DNA of 64,000 nt, from NCBI GenBank assembly GCA_963665325.3, contig CAXXWS020000002.1:1184001-1248000 (forward strand), in the 5' to 3' direction. Source of the DNA: Alphaproteobacteria bacterium (GTDB lineage: Bacteria > Pseudomonadota > Alphaproteobacteria > Bin95). Positions 40,856 through 50,865 of the stretch are shown here, piece by piece. Position numbers and translations under genes: made by a program. The stretch's first letter is position 1. Every line of letters begins with the position of its first letter. Under the pieces are notes generated by a model. The model did not search any database, was not told where the DNA came from, and saw only the letters and a list, made by a program, of their open reading frames with translations.

Positions 40856-42046
40856 ATGCCCGCGACGACCGGCATGGCGCTTTCGCGCTTCAGCGTCCTC
40901 GACCTTACCCGCGTGCGCGCCGGGCCGACCTGCGTGCGCCAGCTTGCCGACTGGGGCGCGGATGTCATCAAGATCGAGGCGCCGCCGGACCCGACCGCCG
41001 GTGAAGGCCTCGGCGGGCCGCGCGACGGCTTCGACTTCCAGAACCTGCACCGCAACAAGCGCTGCATGACGCTCGACCTCAAGTCCGACAAGGGCCGGGA
41101 GGCGTTCTTCCGCCTCGTCGAGCGCTCCGATGTTGTGGTCGAGAACTACCGCCCCGACGTGAAGCACCGGCTCGGCATCGACTATGAGGCACTCTCGAAG
41201 GTCAATCCGCGCATAATCCTCGGGTCCATCTCCGGTTTCGGGCAGGACGGCCCGACAGCGGCGCGCCCCGGTTTCGACCAGATCGCCCAGGGCATGGGCG
41301 GGGTCATGTGGATCACCGGCCACCGGGGCGGCGGGCCCGTGCGCGCTGGCATCCCGGTGGCCGATCTCTGCGCCGGCGTTTTCTGCGCCCAGGGCATCCT
41401 GGTGGCCCTGCTGGAGCGCGAGGTGTCCGGGCGTGGGCAGTGGGTCAAGACCTCGCTGCTGGAGGCGATGATCCAGATGCTGGACTTCCAGGCCGCCCGC
41501 TACCTCAAAGACGGCGAGGTCCCAAAGCAGGCCGGAAACGACCACCCGACCTCGATCCCGACCGGCGTGTTCGAGACAGCCGACGGCTATGTAAACATCG
41601 CCGCGGCCGGCGACCGGATCTGGCAGCGCTTCGCGGCGGCGCTGGATGCCGAACGCTGGCTGCAAAATCCCGACTACGCCACCGGCAAGGCGCGTTCCGA
41701 CAATCGCGCGGCCCTGCATGAAGAGATTGCCGTCATCACCCGGCAGAGGACCTCAGCCGAGTGGATGGAGGCGCTCAACGACGCCGGCGTGCCTTGCGGG
41801 CCGATTTACCGCATGGACGAGATGTTCGCCGACCCGCAGGTCCGCCATGTCGAAATGGCGGTGCCGGTGGATCATCCGCGTCTTGGAACCTTTGAAATCG
41901 TGGGGCAGGCGGCGAAGCTCTCGCGCACCCCGTCGGCGATCCGCACCGCCACGGCCGAGCTCGGCGAGCACAATGAGGAAATTCTGGCGGAACTCGGCTA
42001 TTCCGGCGCCGAGATCGCCGGGATGCGCGCCGCCGGCACGATCTGA
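40856..42046 (+). CDS. CaiB/BaiF CoA-transferase family III (start uncertain)
   Basis: VLDLTRVRAGP, GADVIKIE, NLHRNKR, VVENYRP. Confidence 0.94.
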   Translation: MPATTGMALSRFSVLDLTRVRAGPTCVRQLADWGADVIKIEAPPDPTAGEGLGGPRDGFDFQNLHRNKRCMTLDLKSDKGREAFFRLVERSDVVVENYRPDVKHRLGIDYEALSKVNPRIILGSISGFGQDGPTAARPGFDQIAQGMGGVMWITGHRGGGPVRAGIPVADLCAGVFCAQGILVALLEREVSGRGQWVKTSLLEAMIQMLDFQAARYLKDGEVPKQAGNDHPTSIPTGVFETADGYVNIAAAGDRIWQRFAAALDAERWLQNPDYATGKARSDNRAALHEEIAVITRQRTSAEWMEALNDAGVPCGPIYRMDEMFADPQVRHVEMAVPVDHPRLGTFEIVGQAAKLSRTPSAIRTATAELGEHNEEILAELGYSGAEIAGMRAAGTI

Positions 42047-42115
42047 GCGGGCTGCCGCATCGGCGCCCGTCTCGCTCTCAAACCGGCAAGGCCTCCCGGA
42101 TCGCCCGGCCAACCC

Positions 42116-42961
42116 TCAGACCGGGATGTCGCCCTTGATGGTGGTACGCCACAGGAGGCGGCGCTCGGGCAGGTCGTAGTCCTGGATGGCGCGGTGCTGC
42201 ACCGTGCAATTGTCCCAGACCACCACGTCGCCCACCTGCCAGCGATGCTGGTAGATGAACGCCGTGCGCACGATATGGTCGGCCAGTGCCTCGATCAGCC
42301 CCCGTGACGTCTCCTCGTCCTTGCCGACGATCCCGGTGCAGTCATCGCGCGCGATATAGAGACTCTTGCGTCCGGTGCGCGGATGGGTGCGCACGATGGG
42401 ATGCTCCACCGGCGGATATTGCGCGATGTCCTCCGCGCTCACGGGCGAGGAGCGCTTGCGCCCCCGGAAGTCGAAGATGCCCCGCAGGCCGTCGATTTCC
42501 TCCTGCATCGCGCAAGGCAGGGCGTCCCAGGCGGCTGCGGCATTGGCGAAGCAGGTGTCGCCCAGAGCGAGGCCGTGCAGGACCGGCACCTCGACCGAAT
42601 AGAGCATGGTCGCGCCGGCCGGGCGCTTGGCATAGCTCATGTCGGTATGCCAAGTCTCGCCCGCGCGCCGTGTACCGATGGGCGCGCCGTACTCCACGAT
42701 GTTGGAGATGAGGTAGATCTCGGGACTGCCGTCGATCCCGAAGCGGGCCGCGTTGAAATTGAACTCGGGTTCCCCGAGCCGGCGGGTGAAGGCAACCTGC
42801 GTCTCGGGCGTCAGCGTCTGGTTGCGCAGCACGATCACGCCATGCGTATCGAGCGCCGCCCGGATAGTTGTAAACTCGCCATCGTCCAGCTCCGCGCCGA
42901 TGTCGGCTCCCAGGATCTCCGCGCCGGTGGCCGGCGAAACGGGTCTCACCTCTATGCCCAT
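42116..42961 (-). CDS. TauD/TfdA family dioxygenase
   Basis: WHTDMSY, HPIVRTHP, WDNCTVQHRA. Confidence 0.93.
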   Translation of the reverse strand: MGIEVRPVSPATGAEILGADIGAELDDGEFTTIRAALDTHGVIVLRNQTLTPETQVAFTRRLGEPEFNFNAARFGIDGSPEIYLISNIVEYGAPIGTRRAGETWHTDMSYAKRPAGATMLYSVEVPVLHGLALGDTCFANAAAAWDALPCAMQEEIDGLRGIFDFRGRKRSSPVSAEDIAQYPPVEHPIVRTHPRTGRKSLYIARDDCTGIVGKDEETSRGLIEALADHIVRTAFIYQHRWQVGDVVVWDNCTVQHRAIQDYDLPERRLLWRTTIKGDIPV

Positions 42962-42983
42962 GATGGGTGCCTCCCGGTCAGTT

Positions 42984-43841
42984 TCAGTCGCCTGCGACGC
43001 GGGCGCCGGTGTCCGTCTCTTTGATCGACGTGCGCCAATGGATGCGGTCTTCCTCCGGCGGGTAGTCGCCGGCGGCCTTGTGGACCATGCAGCGATTGTC
43101 CCAGATGACGATATCGCCAACCTGCCAGCGGTGGTCGTAGCGCGCATCCGCCACCACCATGCGCTCTTCGAGTTCGTCGATGAGTGCGTTGCTTTCCGCC
43201 GATGGCAGGCCCTCGACATAGACGATCTTGCCGGGGTCGAAATAGAGCGACTTGCGCCCCGTTTCCGGATGTTTGCGGACCAGCGGGTGGAACACCGGAG
43301 CGTGGTCGCGGTCCTCCGGATTCAGCAGGGCGTCCGAGCCCCGTTTGCCGCCGCCATAGGTGAAGGCGCCCCTCCGGCCTTCGAGTTTCGACTTCAGCCG
43401 CTCGGGCAGGGCGTCCCAGGCGCGGTACATGGAGGAGAAGCCGGTATCGCCCCCCTGGCTGGGCACGGCGAGGGCATAGAGCTGCGTCGCCTTGAAAGGC
43501 ACCTCGTCATAGGCGCCGTCCGTGTGCCAGGAAGCCGCGCCGCGCCGGTAGATTTCTTCGTTCAGCCGGCCGTTAGTGTCGAACTTGCCGACGCCGAGCA
43601 CGGTGACCTCCGGATGGTCGGGGTGCCGCGTCGATCGGGAAGGATGCGGCACGACATGGCCGAAGCGGCGGCTATATGCGATGAAGTCCTCGATCTTGAG
43701 CGTCTGGTCGCGCACGACGGCGACGCCATAGTCGAGCCATGCGTCGTAGATCGACTGGAAGCCATCCTCGTCCAGCCGCCTGACATCGAGGCCGGTGATC
43801 TCCACGCCGGTATGCTCGGAAAGGGGCCGGATTTTGGTCAT
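42984..43841 (-). CDS. TauD/TfdA family dioxygenase
   Basis: WHTDGAY, GGDTGF, WDNRCMVHKA. Confidence 0.93.
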   Translation of the reverse strand: MTKIRPLSEHTGVEITGLDVRRLDEDGFQSIYDAWLDYGVAVVRDQTLKIEDFIAYSRRFGHVVPHPSRSTRHPDHPEVTVLGVGKFDTNGRLNEEIYRRGAASWHTDGAYDEVPFKATQLYALAVPSQGGDTGFSSMYRAWDALPERLKSKLEGRRGAFTYGGGKRGSDALLNPEDRDHAPVFHPLVRKHPETGRKSLYFDPGKIVYVEGLPSAESNALIDELEERMVVADARYDHRWQVGDIVIWDNRCMVHKAAGDYPPEEDRIHWRTSIKETDTGARVAGD

Positions 43842-43872
43842 GGGCGCGGGTCTCCCGTTCGCACCGGTACGT

Positions 43873-44871
43873 TCAGGGCAGGGTGTCGAGGTAGAGCCTG
43901 AGATCGACCTCGTTCACCAGCGCCTCGCCTGCAGCATAGCGGGGAAGATTGGTGATGAAGAGGTCTTCGGCGCGGGCAACCGTGCCGTTGCCGGCGTAGG
44001 AGCAGTGGCCGGTGAGCCGGACCGAGGGGTGCGCCCAGTAGGGGCTGCTCCGGGGCAAAGGCTCCGGCTCGAACACATCTAGCACCGCAGTCCCCACCCG
44101 GCCGCTGTCCAGCGCTGCCAGCAGCGCGGTATCGTCCACCACGCCGCCGCGCGCGACATTCACCAGCACAGCCCCTTGCTTCATGGCCGCAAGGAACCCG
44201 GCATCGACGAGCCGGTCGGTCTCCGAGGAATGAGGGCAGCACAGCACGACCACGTCGGCGTCCCCGAGGCGGTCCCCGAGTTCGCCCATCGTGCAGACCT
44301 CGCGGGCATAAGGAGCGGACGCTCCGCTGCGGCGCACGCCCACCACACGGGCGCCGAACGCGGCGGCGCGCTTGCCGATCTCGCGCCCGATATTGCCGTA
44401 TCCGACGATGAGCCAGACGGTGCCGGCGATCTCGCGAAATGGGAGCTTCTTCCATTCGCCCTTGGCCTGCGCCGCGCGCCGGTCCGCCAGCCCCTGGTAA
44501 ACGTCCAGCACCTGGGCGAAGACAAACTCCGAGATTGCCACCGCCTGGGCACTGGAAGCGCCGATACGAATGCCTTTCGCGGCGATGGTGCGGTAGCCCG
44601 GATGGTCGAGGCCGGCATTGAATGTCTGCACCCATTCGACCGTGCGCGAGGCGGCGATCGACTTCAGGCATTCGGCAAATGACCGGCCTGCCATATCGGA
44701 GGTAAGCCAGACCGCCTGCGCCGGGGCCTCGGCCAGCGGTTTCGGTTCGCCTTCCGCCATGCAGCGGCCGTCCTCCAGCAGCGGGAGCACGCAGACCGAC
44801 AGGTCCAGCGCCGCGAGCCGGTCGGCGACGCGCTCGCGGGCGGCCGGGTGCATGACGATATTCAGCGTCAT
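43873..44871 (-). CDS. D-2-hydroxyacid dehydrogenase family protein
   Basis: IVGYGNIG, VNVARG, LDVFEPEPL, TGHCS. Confidence 0.92.
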   Translation of the reverse strand: MTLNIVMHPAARERVADRLAALDLSVCVLPLLEDGRCMAEGEPKPLAEAPAQAVWLTSDMAGRSFAECLKSIAASRTVEWVQTFNAGLDHPGYRTIAAKGIRIGASSAQAVAISEFVFAQVLDVYQGLADRRAAQAKGEWKKLPFREIAGTVWLIVGYGNIGREIGKRAAAFGARVVGVRRSGASAPYAREVCTMGELGDRLGDADVVVLCCPHSSETDRLVDAGFLAAMKQGAVLVNVARGGVVDDTALLAALDSGRVGTAVLDVFEPEPLPRSSPYWAHPSVRLTGHCSYAGNGTVARAEDLFITNLPRYAAGEALVNEVDLRLYLDTLP

Positions 44872-44880
44872 CGCGCCGGC

Positions 44881-45282
44881 CTAGCCGGAATAGTCGTCAT
44901 CGTTCACCTTCTCGAACCAGTCGGTCCCGCCGCCGTCCTCTCCGGTCTCAGACATGGCGAGATGGGTGAAGATGCTGTCCGGCGCGGCGCCGTGCCAGTG
45001 GCGGGCGCCCGGCGGGATGACAGCAGTATCGCCGGGGTGAAGCTCCTCGATCGGGCCGCCCTCGACCTGAACGCGCCCGGCTCCGGAGACGGCCCAGAGC
45101 GTCTGGCCCACCGGATGGAGATGCCAGGCCGTCCGGGCGCCGGGATTGAAGGTTACATTCGTCGCTCGCATCCGCGAGGGAAAGGTGCCGACCCGCACTT
45201 CGTCCTGATATACATCGCCCGTGAACCGGTCGGCCGGCGCCTTCTTCGTCGCGCGGTCCCCGACCCTGTAAATCTTCAGCAT
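44881..45282 (-). CDS. Cupin domain protein
   Basis: FNPGARTAWHLHPVGQTL, HWHGA. Confidence 0.92.
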   Translation of the reverse strand: MLKIYRVGDRATKKAPADRFTGDVYQDEVRVGTFPSRMRATNVTFNPGARTAWHLHPVGQTLWAVSGAGRVQVEGGPIEELHPGDTAVIPPGARHWHGAAPDSIFTHLAMSETGEDGGGTDWFEKVNDDDYSG

Positions 45283-45996
45283 CCGCTTTCCTTCCCCGGC
45301 AAGCCGCATCGCAGGATTTGAGACTAACAGCGCGCACGAGCGGCTGTCGAGGCGACGGACGACGCCCTGCAAGGCAGCATCCTGGAAGCGTACAGAATTG
45401 CTCGTGACGCAGGACAGTTACAGGATCGTCGAAAAGGGCAGCCGAAACTTATGCAGCGGTCATTGCCAATCCCCGTCGTGCGGAAAAGAAACCATGCAAG
45501 ATGTGGCAGACCGGTTTGCAAGATGACGGAAACAAGACACAAGGCCCGTTTCAGAGCCCGTGCTTCATCGAAATGTCGAACAATCCCGCGGTCGATGCTC
45601 TGTCGAATATCTTTCGGTAGTCCGCGCTTCTCCAGCCCTAGGCGACGGAAGCCAACCGTGATCGATCCTTGCCACGTCCATCGGAGAGGAATCGCGAGCC
45701 ATTCGGTTTTCTGAGCGGCATTCTTATGCAGTAGTTTGGGTACTGCAAATCGGCCCAAGCATAAATTTCGTCAATGACCTCTGGAATGGTGGCAATACAA
45801 CGAAGGTCGTGCAATTACCCGAATGGGCACGAGTACGAAAACCCGCGCTCAAGCGGCATGTACGACGTTCGGGGGGATCGATGACAGTCGGCGGCGACCG
45901 CTCTTCAGCGCGCTCAACGACGACCCGGCTGACGGCCTTTCCTGCGGCGCCGATGTATGCATGCCGGCGCAAGTAGAGCCGGCATCCGAGTGGCAG

Positions 45997-46260
45997 TCAG
46001 TCGTCGCGGGCTTCGACGATCACACGCTTGCGCCCGCGTCGGACCAGATAGCCCCCTCGCCGGATTGTGAGCTTGCCTTCCTGAATCAAGGCCCACAACG
46101 CATTAGCGATGACTTCCGCACTCTCATCCGTATCCGGTGCGTCCGCGGCTTGTCCGAGCCATTTGGCAAATGCCTCGTCCGCTATGGAGTTGCCCACCGA
46201 CTTGCGCAGCGCATTGAGCTTGCGAAGCTGGCCCTTTGTCAGGGCGGTCTCATCGATCAT
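45997..46260 (-). CDS. Small hypothetical protein (87 aa)
   Basis: RBS GGAG upstream; protein-like composition (MIDETALTKGQLRKLNALRKS...RRGGYLVRRGRKRVIVE). Confidence 0.7.
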   Translation of the reverse strand: MIDETALTKGQLRKLNALRKSVGNSIADEAFAKWLGQAADAPDTDESAEVIANALWALIQEGKLTIRRGGYLVRRGRKRVIVEARDD

Positions 46261-46373
46261 GTTGAAGTCTCCGATCCGTTCGCGTCAAACGCGCATGTCA
46301 CAGGATAGCAAACATTGTCCGGAAAAGTAATACCCCTAAGATTTCTGTCTCCAGCTAATTTGTCGCGCAGGGC

Positions 46374-48248
46374 TTATTTGTTCTCGAGAAGCGGCACTTC
46401 CGGCACCCCGGGCGCTTCAAAACCGAGAATCCGGGCGAAGAAAGAAAGTTCGGCTTCCAAAGCCGCCACGATGTTTTCCGCCCTCCGGAAACCGTGTCCT
46501 TCGCCGTCGAACAACAACAGTGCGACAGGAATACTCCGGGCTCGCAGTGCCGCTGCCATCGCTTCGGTCTGATCGGGAGGCACAACCTTGTCATCGGTGC
46601 CTTGCAGGAAGATCACTGGACAGGAAATACCGTCGGCGTGAAGGAGCGGCGAGCGCGCGTCGTAAACTGCCTCCGCTTCCGGTAACGGGCCGATCAGGCG
46701 GTCGAGATAACGGCTCTCGAATTTGTGAGTATCCCTGGCAAGAGCCTTGAGGTCGCCTATGCCGTAAAGGCTGGCGCCCGCCTTGAAGACGTCCCGGAAC
46801 GCGAGCGCGGCGAGGGTCGTATATCCGCCAGCACTACCGCCGCGTACGACCAGCCGGGCGGCATCCACCTTCCCGCTTTCGGCCAGCCACGTCGCCGCCG
46901 CGCAACAATCGTCCACATCGACGATGCCCCATTGACCGTCCAACTGTTGGCGGAAAGCGCGACCGTAACCGCTGCTGCCGCCATAGTTCACATCCACAAC
47001 CGCAAAACCGCGCGTCGTCCAAAACTGGATGGAAGGCGAGTAGCCGTTGTCGGAGGCGCCCGTCGGCCCGCCGTGAGATCGCACGATGAGCGGCGGGCGT
47101 TCACCCTCGGGCGCGGCGAAACAGGGATTCCTTGGCGCATAGAACCAGGCATGCGCGGCCCTCCCGCCGCCGGTCGGGAAGGTGACCGGCTCGCCGCGCG
47201 ACACGAAGGCTGGATCGGGGTCGTCCGGGACGGAGCGGGCGAGCGTCTCGCGCTTCCCGTCTTCGTGCAGCAGGTCGAGGCGGGTCGGGCGGTCGGTATC
47301 GGCGCCGAGAACCGCCCAGCCTCCGTCGAAGGGCGCAGGGCAGGCCGGCCGCGAAAATCCGGTCTCAAACGGGCCGGCAAGGAGTCTCTCGACGAAGACG
47401 CTGCCGCTCTTCTCGTATCGGGCGATCACGTCGCCGTCGGCGAGGCAACGGTAGCTTTGGGCGCCGAGGCCCCAGAGAGGTCCGGCAAACTCCGCCGCCA
47501 TCGGCTTGAGCGGCCGTCCGCCCTCGTCGTCATGCGCGTAAAGGTTCCACCACCCGGAACGGTCCGAGATGTAGAGCAGCCGCCCGTCCGCCGTCCAGGC
47601 GGGCTGCAGAACGGATTCGCCGGGCCCGCCCGCGACCGGCTCGCCGTCCAGCAGGAGGTCCGTCTCATCCCAGGGCATGTTCGGGTGGTCCCAGGCGATG
47701 CAGGCAAGCCGGTCGCCGCCGGGGCTTGGCCTGGGCGCGGCGTAAAAGTCCCGGCCGGCGGCGACGAGCTCGCCTTCTGCGATCCGGCCGGGGTCTAGCA
47801 GCACCACGGCGTTGACCGGTTCGCCCGGCCCGCGATGGTCCTCGCGCACGGCCAGGATACCATCCGGGCAGAAGGTAAAATCGGCATAACGCAAGGCTCC
47901 CTCGGGAGTTATCTGCCTGGGATCGCCGTCTTCCTCCACAAGCCAGACGGTACCGTCGGGGAAATGGGAGAAGACAATTCTGCCGTCATGGGCGGCATAG
48001 GCGCCGCCGCCATATTCGTGGACCCGTGAGCGCACATCGAAATGCGTTGGCAGCGCTTCGCGGACACCTCCCTTCCGGTAGCGCATGAGCACGCTGCGAC
48101 CCCGTTCTCGCGGCCGGCCTTCCAACCAATAGAGGCTTTTGCCGTCCGCGCGGACAAACGAAAGACCGACCCCGGCTTCCGCGATCTGCCGTGCCGAGAG
48201 CGGCGAGACCCAGCTTCCGTATGGCTTTACGACTGGCGTGTCGGTCAT
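46374..48248 (-). CDS. S9 family peptidase (acylaminoacyl-peptidase-like)
   Basis: PYGSWVSP, HGGPT, GGSAGG, DKVVPP, GEGHGF. Confidence 0.95.
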   Translation of the reverse strand: MTDTPVVKPYGSWVSPLSARQIAEAGVGLSFVRADGKSLYWLEGRPRERGRSVLMRYRKGGVREALPTHFDVRSRVHEYGGGAYAAHDGRIVFSHFPDGTVWLVEEDGDPRQITPEGALRYADFTFCPDGILAVREDHRGPGEPVNAVVLLDPGRIAEGELVAAGRDFYAAPRPSPGGDRLACIAWDHPNMPWDETDLLLDGEPVAGGPGESVLQPAWTADGRLLYISDRSGWWNLYAHDDEGGRPLKPMAAEFAGPLWGLGAQSYRCLADGDVIARYEKSGSVFVERLLAGPFETGFSRPACPAPFDGGWAVLGADTDRPTRLDLLHEDGKRETLARSVPDDPDPAFVSRGEPVTFPTGGGRAAHAWFYAPRNPCFAAPEGERPPLIVRSHGGPTGASDNGYSPSIQFWTTRGFAVVDVNYGGSSGYGRAFRQQLDGQWGIVDVDDCCAAATWLAESGKVDAARLVVRGGSAGGYTTLAALAFRDVFKAGASLYGIGDLKALARDTHKFESRYLDRLIGPLPEAEAVYDARSPLLHADGISCPVIFLQGTDDKVVPPDQTEAMAAALRARSIPVALLLFDGEGHGFRRAENIVAALEAELSFFARILGFEAPGVPEVPLLENK

Positions 48249-48352
48249 GACGCGGCTTTCCTCATTGTCGGGTCGGCGGTTGAGGCCCCTATGAACCGGC
48301 GCCTCCGACGGCGCCATTGTCAACCGTCGCCGGCCCGGCTTCAATCGACGCG

Positions 48353-48829
48353 ATGGAGAGGGAAGTTCCCGATACGGAAGCCGTCCGCGCGCTCTGGGAT
48401 TACGCCGTCCGGCTTTATGGGGAGCCCGGTGTGAGCGAGGCCTGCCTTGCCCTGCAGGACAGGTTCGGCGTCGATATACCGCTGATGCTCTGGGCCGCAT
48501 GGCTCGGCGACGGCGCCGACCTGCTGGCGCTCCGGGCCGGCGACCGCGCGGTGGGGCCCTGGCGGGCGCGGGCGGTGCGGCCGCTGCGGGCACTCCGCCG
48601 TCATCTCCGCAATTCCGTCGCTGGGCTGGACGACTTGGCGCGCGAAGAGTGGCGCGGTTCTGTAAAGCGTCTGGAAATCGAGGCGGAGCGTCTGGCGCTC
48701 GGCATTCTGGCTGGAATCGGCCGGCGCAACGGACGTCCGAACCTCGCTCCTTTCGCGGCAGCCTTCGGCCTGGAACCCGGCTGTCCAGAACTGAAGCTGG
48801 TGGAAGAGGCTGCGCGCCGACTCGGGTGA
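48353..48829 (+). CDS. DUF2390-like conserved hypothetical protein
   Basis: LWDYAVRLYGEPGVSEACLALQDRFGVD...VRPLRALRR...EIEAER. Confidence 0.8.
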   Translation: MEREVPDTEAVRALWDYAVRLYGEPGVSEACLALQDRFGVDIPLMLWAAWLGDGADLLALRAGDRAVGPWRARAVRPLRALRRHLRNSVAGLDDLAREEWRGSVKRLEIEAERLALGILAGIGRRNGRPNLAPFAAAFGLEPGCPELKLVEEAARRLG

Positions 48830-48832
48830 GCG

Positions 48833-49618
48833 TCAGGCGTCCCAGCCGGGCGGGCGTTTTTCCAGGAACGAGGCGGCGCCCTCCCGGCCTTCCTCGCTGG
48901 CCCAGCTTTCGGCGAAGGAATAGAGGCCATCGATGCCGAGTGCGTCGGGTCCGCTGCGGTCGTAGAGGTCGAGCGCGCGCTTTGCCGCTGCGGCTGCGCC
49001 GGGCGCTGCGCCGAGACAGCCCGCAACAGCAGCCCTCACTGCCTCGTCGAGGCTTTCGTCGGGCACCGCGCGGTCGATCAGGCCGATGCGCTGCGCCTCC
49101 GCGGCATCGAAGGTCTCGCCTGTAAAGAGGTAGCGCTTATACGCCGCCGGGCCGATGCGCATCAGCAGCGCCTTGAGCGCGCCCGTCGGCACCACCCCCC
49201 GGCGGAGTTCCGTGAACGCGAAACGTGCGCCTACCCCGGCGATGGCCACATCGCTCGCCGCAATCAGGGTCGTGCCGCCCCCGAACGCGCCGCCCTGCAC
49301 CCGCGCTACGACAGGGCAGGGCAGGCTGGCGATGCGATGGCTCAGCATCGAGCCGCGCAGCGCTGCCTGCAGCCGTTCTTCGGCGGGCGCCGTTCCCATA
49401 TGGCGGAACATGGCGATGTCGCCGCCCGCCGTGAAATGCCGCCCTTCGGCCGCCAGCAGCAGCAGGCGCAGGTCCGTTCGACCGTGCAGCGCGTCGAGTG
49501 CCAGATGAACCTCGCGCATCGTCTCCGCGGTCAGGGCGTTCAGGCGGTCGGGCCGGGCGAATGTCAGCGTAACGACCCGCCGCGCGTCCTCCTCGACGCG
49601 TATGTTGTTCCACTTCAT
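48833..49618 (-). CDS. Enoyl-CoA hydratase/isomerase family protein
   Basis: RPDRLNAL, FTAGGDI, GAFGGG, EEGREG..SFLEKR. Confidence 0.92.
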   Translation of the reverse strand: MKWNNIRVEEDARRVVTLTFARPDRLNALTAETMREVHLALDALHGRTDLRLLLLAAEGRHFTAGGDIAMFRHMGTAPAEERLQAALRGSMLSHRIASLPCPVVARVQGGAFGGGTTLIAASDVAIAGVGARFAFTELRRGVVPTGALKALLMRIGPAAYKRYLFTGETFDAAEAQRIGLIDRAVPDESLDEAVRAAVAGCLGAAPGAAAAAKRALDLYDRSGPDALGIDGLYSFAESWASEEGREGAASFLEKRPPGWDA

Positions 49619-49788
49619 GCCTACCGCCTCCTCTTCGCCCGCGCCGTCCGCAGGGCCGATTGCCCGCCTCCCGGCCGAGCTATGACAATTGTAGAAGCCT
49701 GCTTGTGCGGAAAGCATGGCGGCAGGCCGGGAAATTGGCTATGGTCCCGGCCCCCGGGGAATTCTGGACTGACAGGCAGGGACGATTC

Positions 49789-50124
49789 ATGGATATCGGA
49801 GAGAGCAAGGAAGACGCCGTATTTGTGCTGGAGCCGAGAGGCCGCCTCGACAGCGCGAATGCGCGCAGCTTCGAGGAGCGGGTGCTGGCCGCGTTGGACC
49901 AGGGCGAATCGGCGCTGCTCATCGACTTCGCCGGTCTGGACTACATCAGTTCGGCCGGCCTGCGTGTGCTGTTGATGGGGGCGAAGCGGCTTCAGCAGTC
50001 CGGCGGCACGATCGCGCTTTGCGCCCTCAGTCCGAGTATCCACGAGGTTTTCGAGATCAGCGGTTTTCTCACCATCTTCACAGTACATAACGACAGGGCC
50101 ACGGCTCTGGCGACCATGGGCTGA
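49789..50124 (+). CDS. STAS domain anti-anti-sigma factor
   Basis: GRLDSANA, LDYISSAGLRVLL, EVFEISGF. Confidence 0.92.
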   Translation: MDIGESKEDAVFVLEPRGRLDSANARSFEERVLAALDQGESALLIDFAGLDYISSAGLRVLLMGAKRLQQSGGTIALCALSPSIHEVFEISGFLTIFTVHNDRATALATMG

Positions 50125-50129
50125 CCAAA

Positions 50130-50780
50130 ATGCTCAGCTTCGCCGAAGAGATGATGCTGCTCCTGCTCGACGATCAGGACGGCAGTTTTCTTCCTATCCC
50201 GGAATGGTCGATGCAGTGTGCCCTGGCGGGCGCAGTATTGATGGACTTGGCGTTGGCAGACCGGATCGACACCGACGTCGATTCGCTCATGCTGGTGGAC
50301 GAGAAGCCGACGGGAGACCCGCTGCTCGATCCTACGCTGGAACGCATCGCAGCATCCGGGGAAGTACACGGCGCGCGCTACTGGGTCGAGAACACGGCAG
50401 CCTATGCTGATGAAATCCGCGAGGGCGCGCTTGCCCGGCTCGTGGAGACCGGTGTTCTGAACCGGGAGGAGGACCGGTTCCTTTGGGTCTTCCGTTCGAG
50501 ACGTTACCCGACCATCGACGGCCGGGCGGAGCGGGAGGTCAAGCTCCGGATCATGGGCGTTCTACTGTCGGACGAGATTCCGGATCCCCGAGACATCGTC
50601 ATCATATGCCTCTGCGACTCCTGCGGTATTTTCAACGAATTGCTGTCGTCCCGGGAACTCGAGCGTGCCCGCGGCCGCATCGACCAGGTGCGCAAGTTGG
50701 ACCTGATCGGCCAGGCGGTCGCAAAATCCGTCTGGGAAATCCAGGCGTCGCTCGCGATGGCCGCGCACCCGGTCTACTAG
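50130..50780 (+). CDS. GPP34/GOLPH3 (Vps74-like) family protein
   Basis: LSFAEEMMLLLLDD, ALAGAVLMDLALADRI, TGDPLLD, FLWVF..RRYP. Confidence 0.85.
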   Translation: MLSFAEEMMLLLLDDQDGSFLPIPEWSMQCALAGAVLMDLALADRIDTDVDSLMLVDEKPTGDPLLDPTLERIAASGEVHGARYWVENTAAYADEIREGALARLVETGVLNREEDRFLWVFRSRRYPTIDGRAEREVKLRIMGVLLSDEIPDPRDIVIICLCDSCGIFNELLSSRELERARGRIDQVRKLDLIGQAVAKSVWEIQASLAMAAHPVY

Positions 50781-50865
50781 GCGGCGCTATCCTCCGGGGC
50801 GTCCCGGTCATGGCTTGGGACCAAGAGTCGCACCTACCCGGCCGGTCGGGACGGCGGGCGCGCGG

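Noticed and set aside
45324-45972. Toxin-antitoxin or transposase remnant in the lower-GC stretch
   Set aside because: No recognisable motif in the frames I translated, so no feature call is supported
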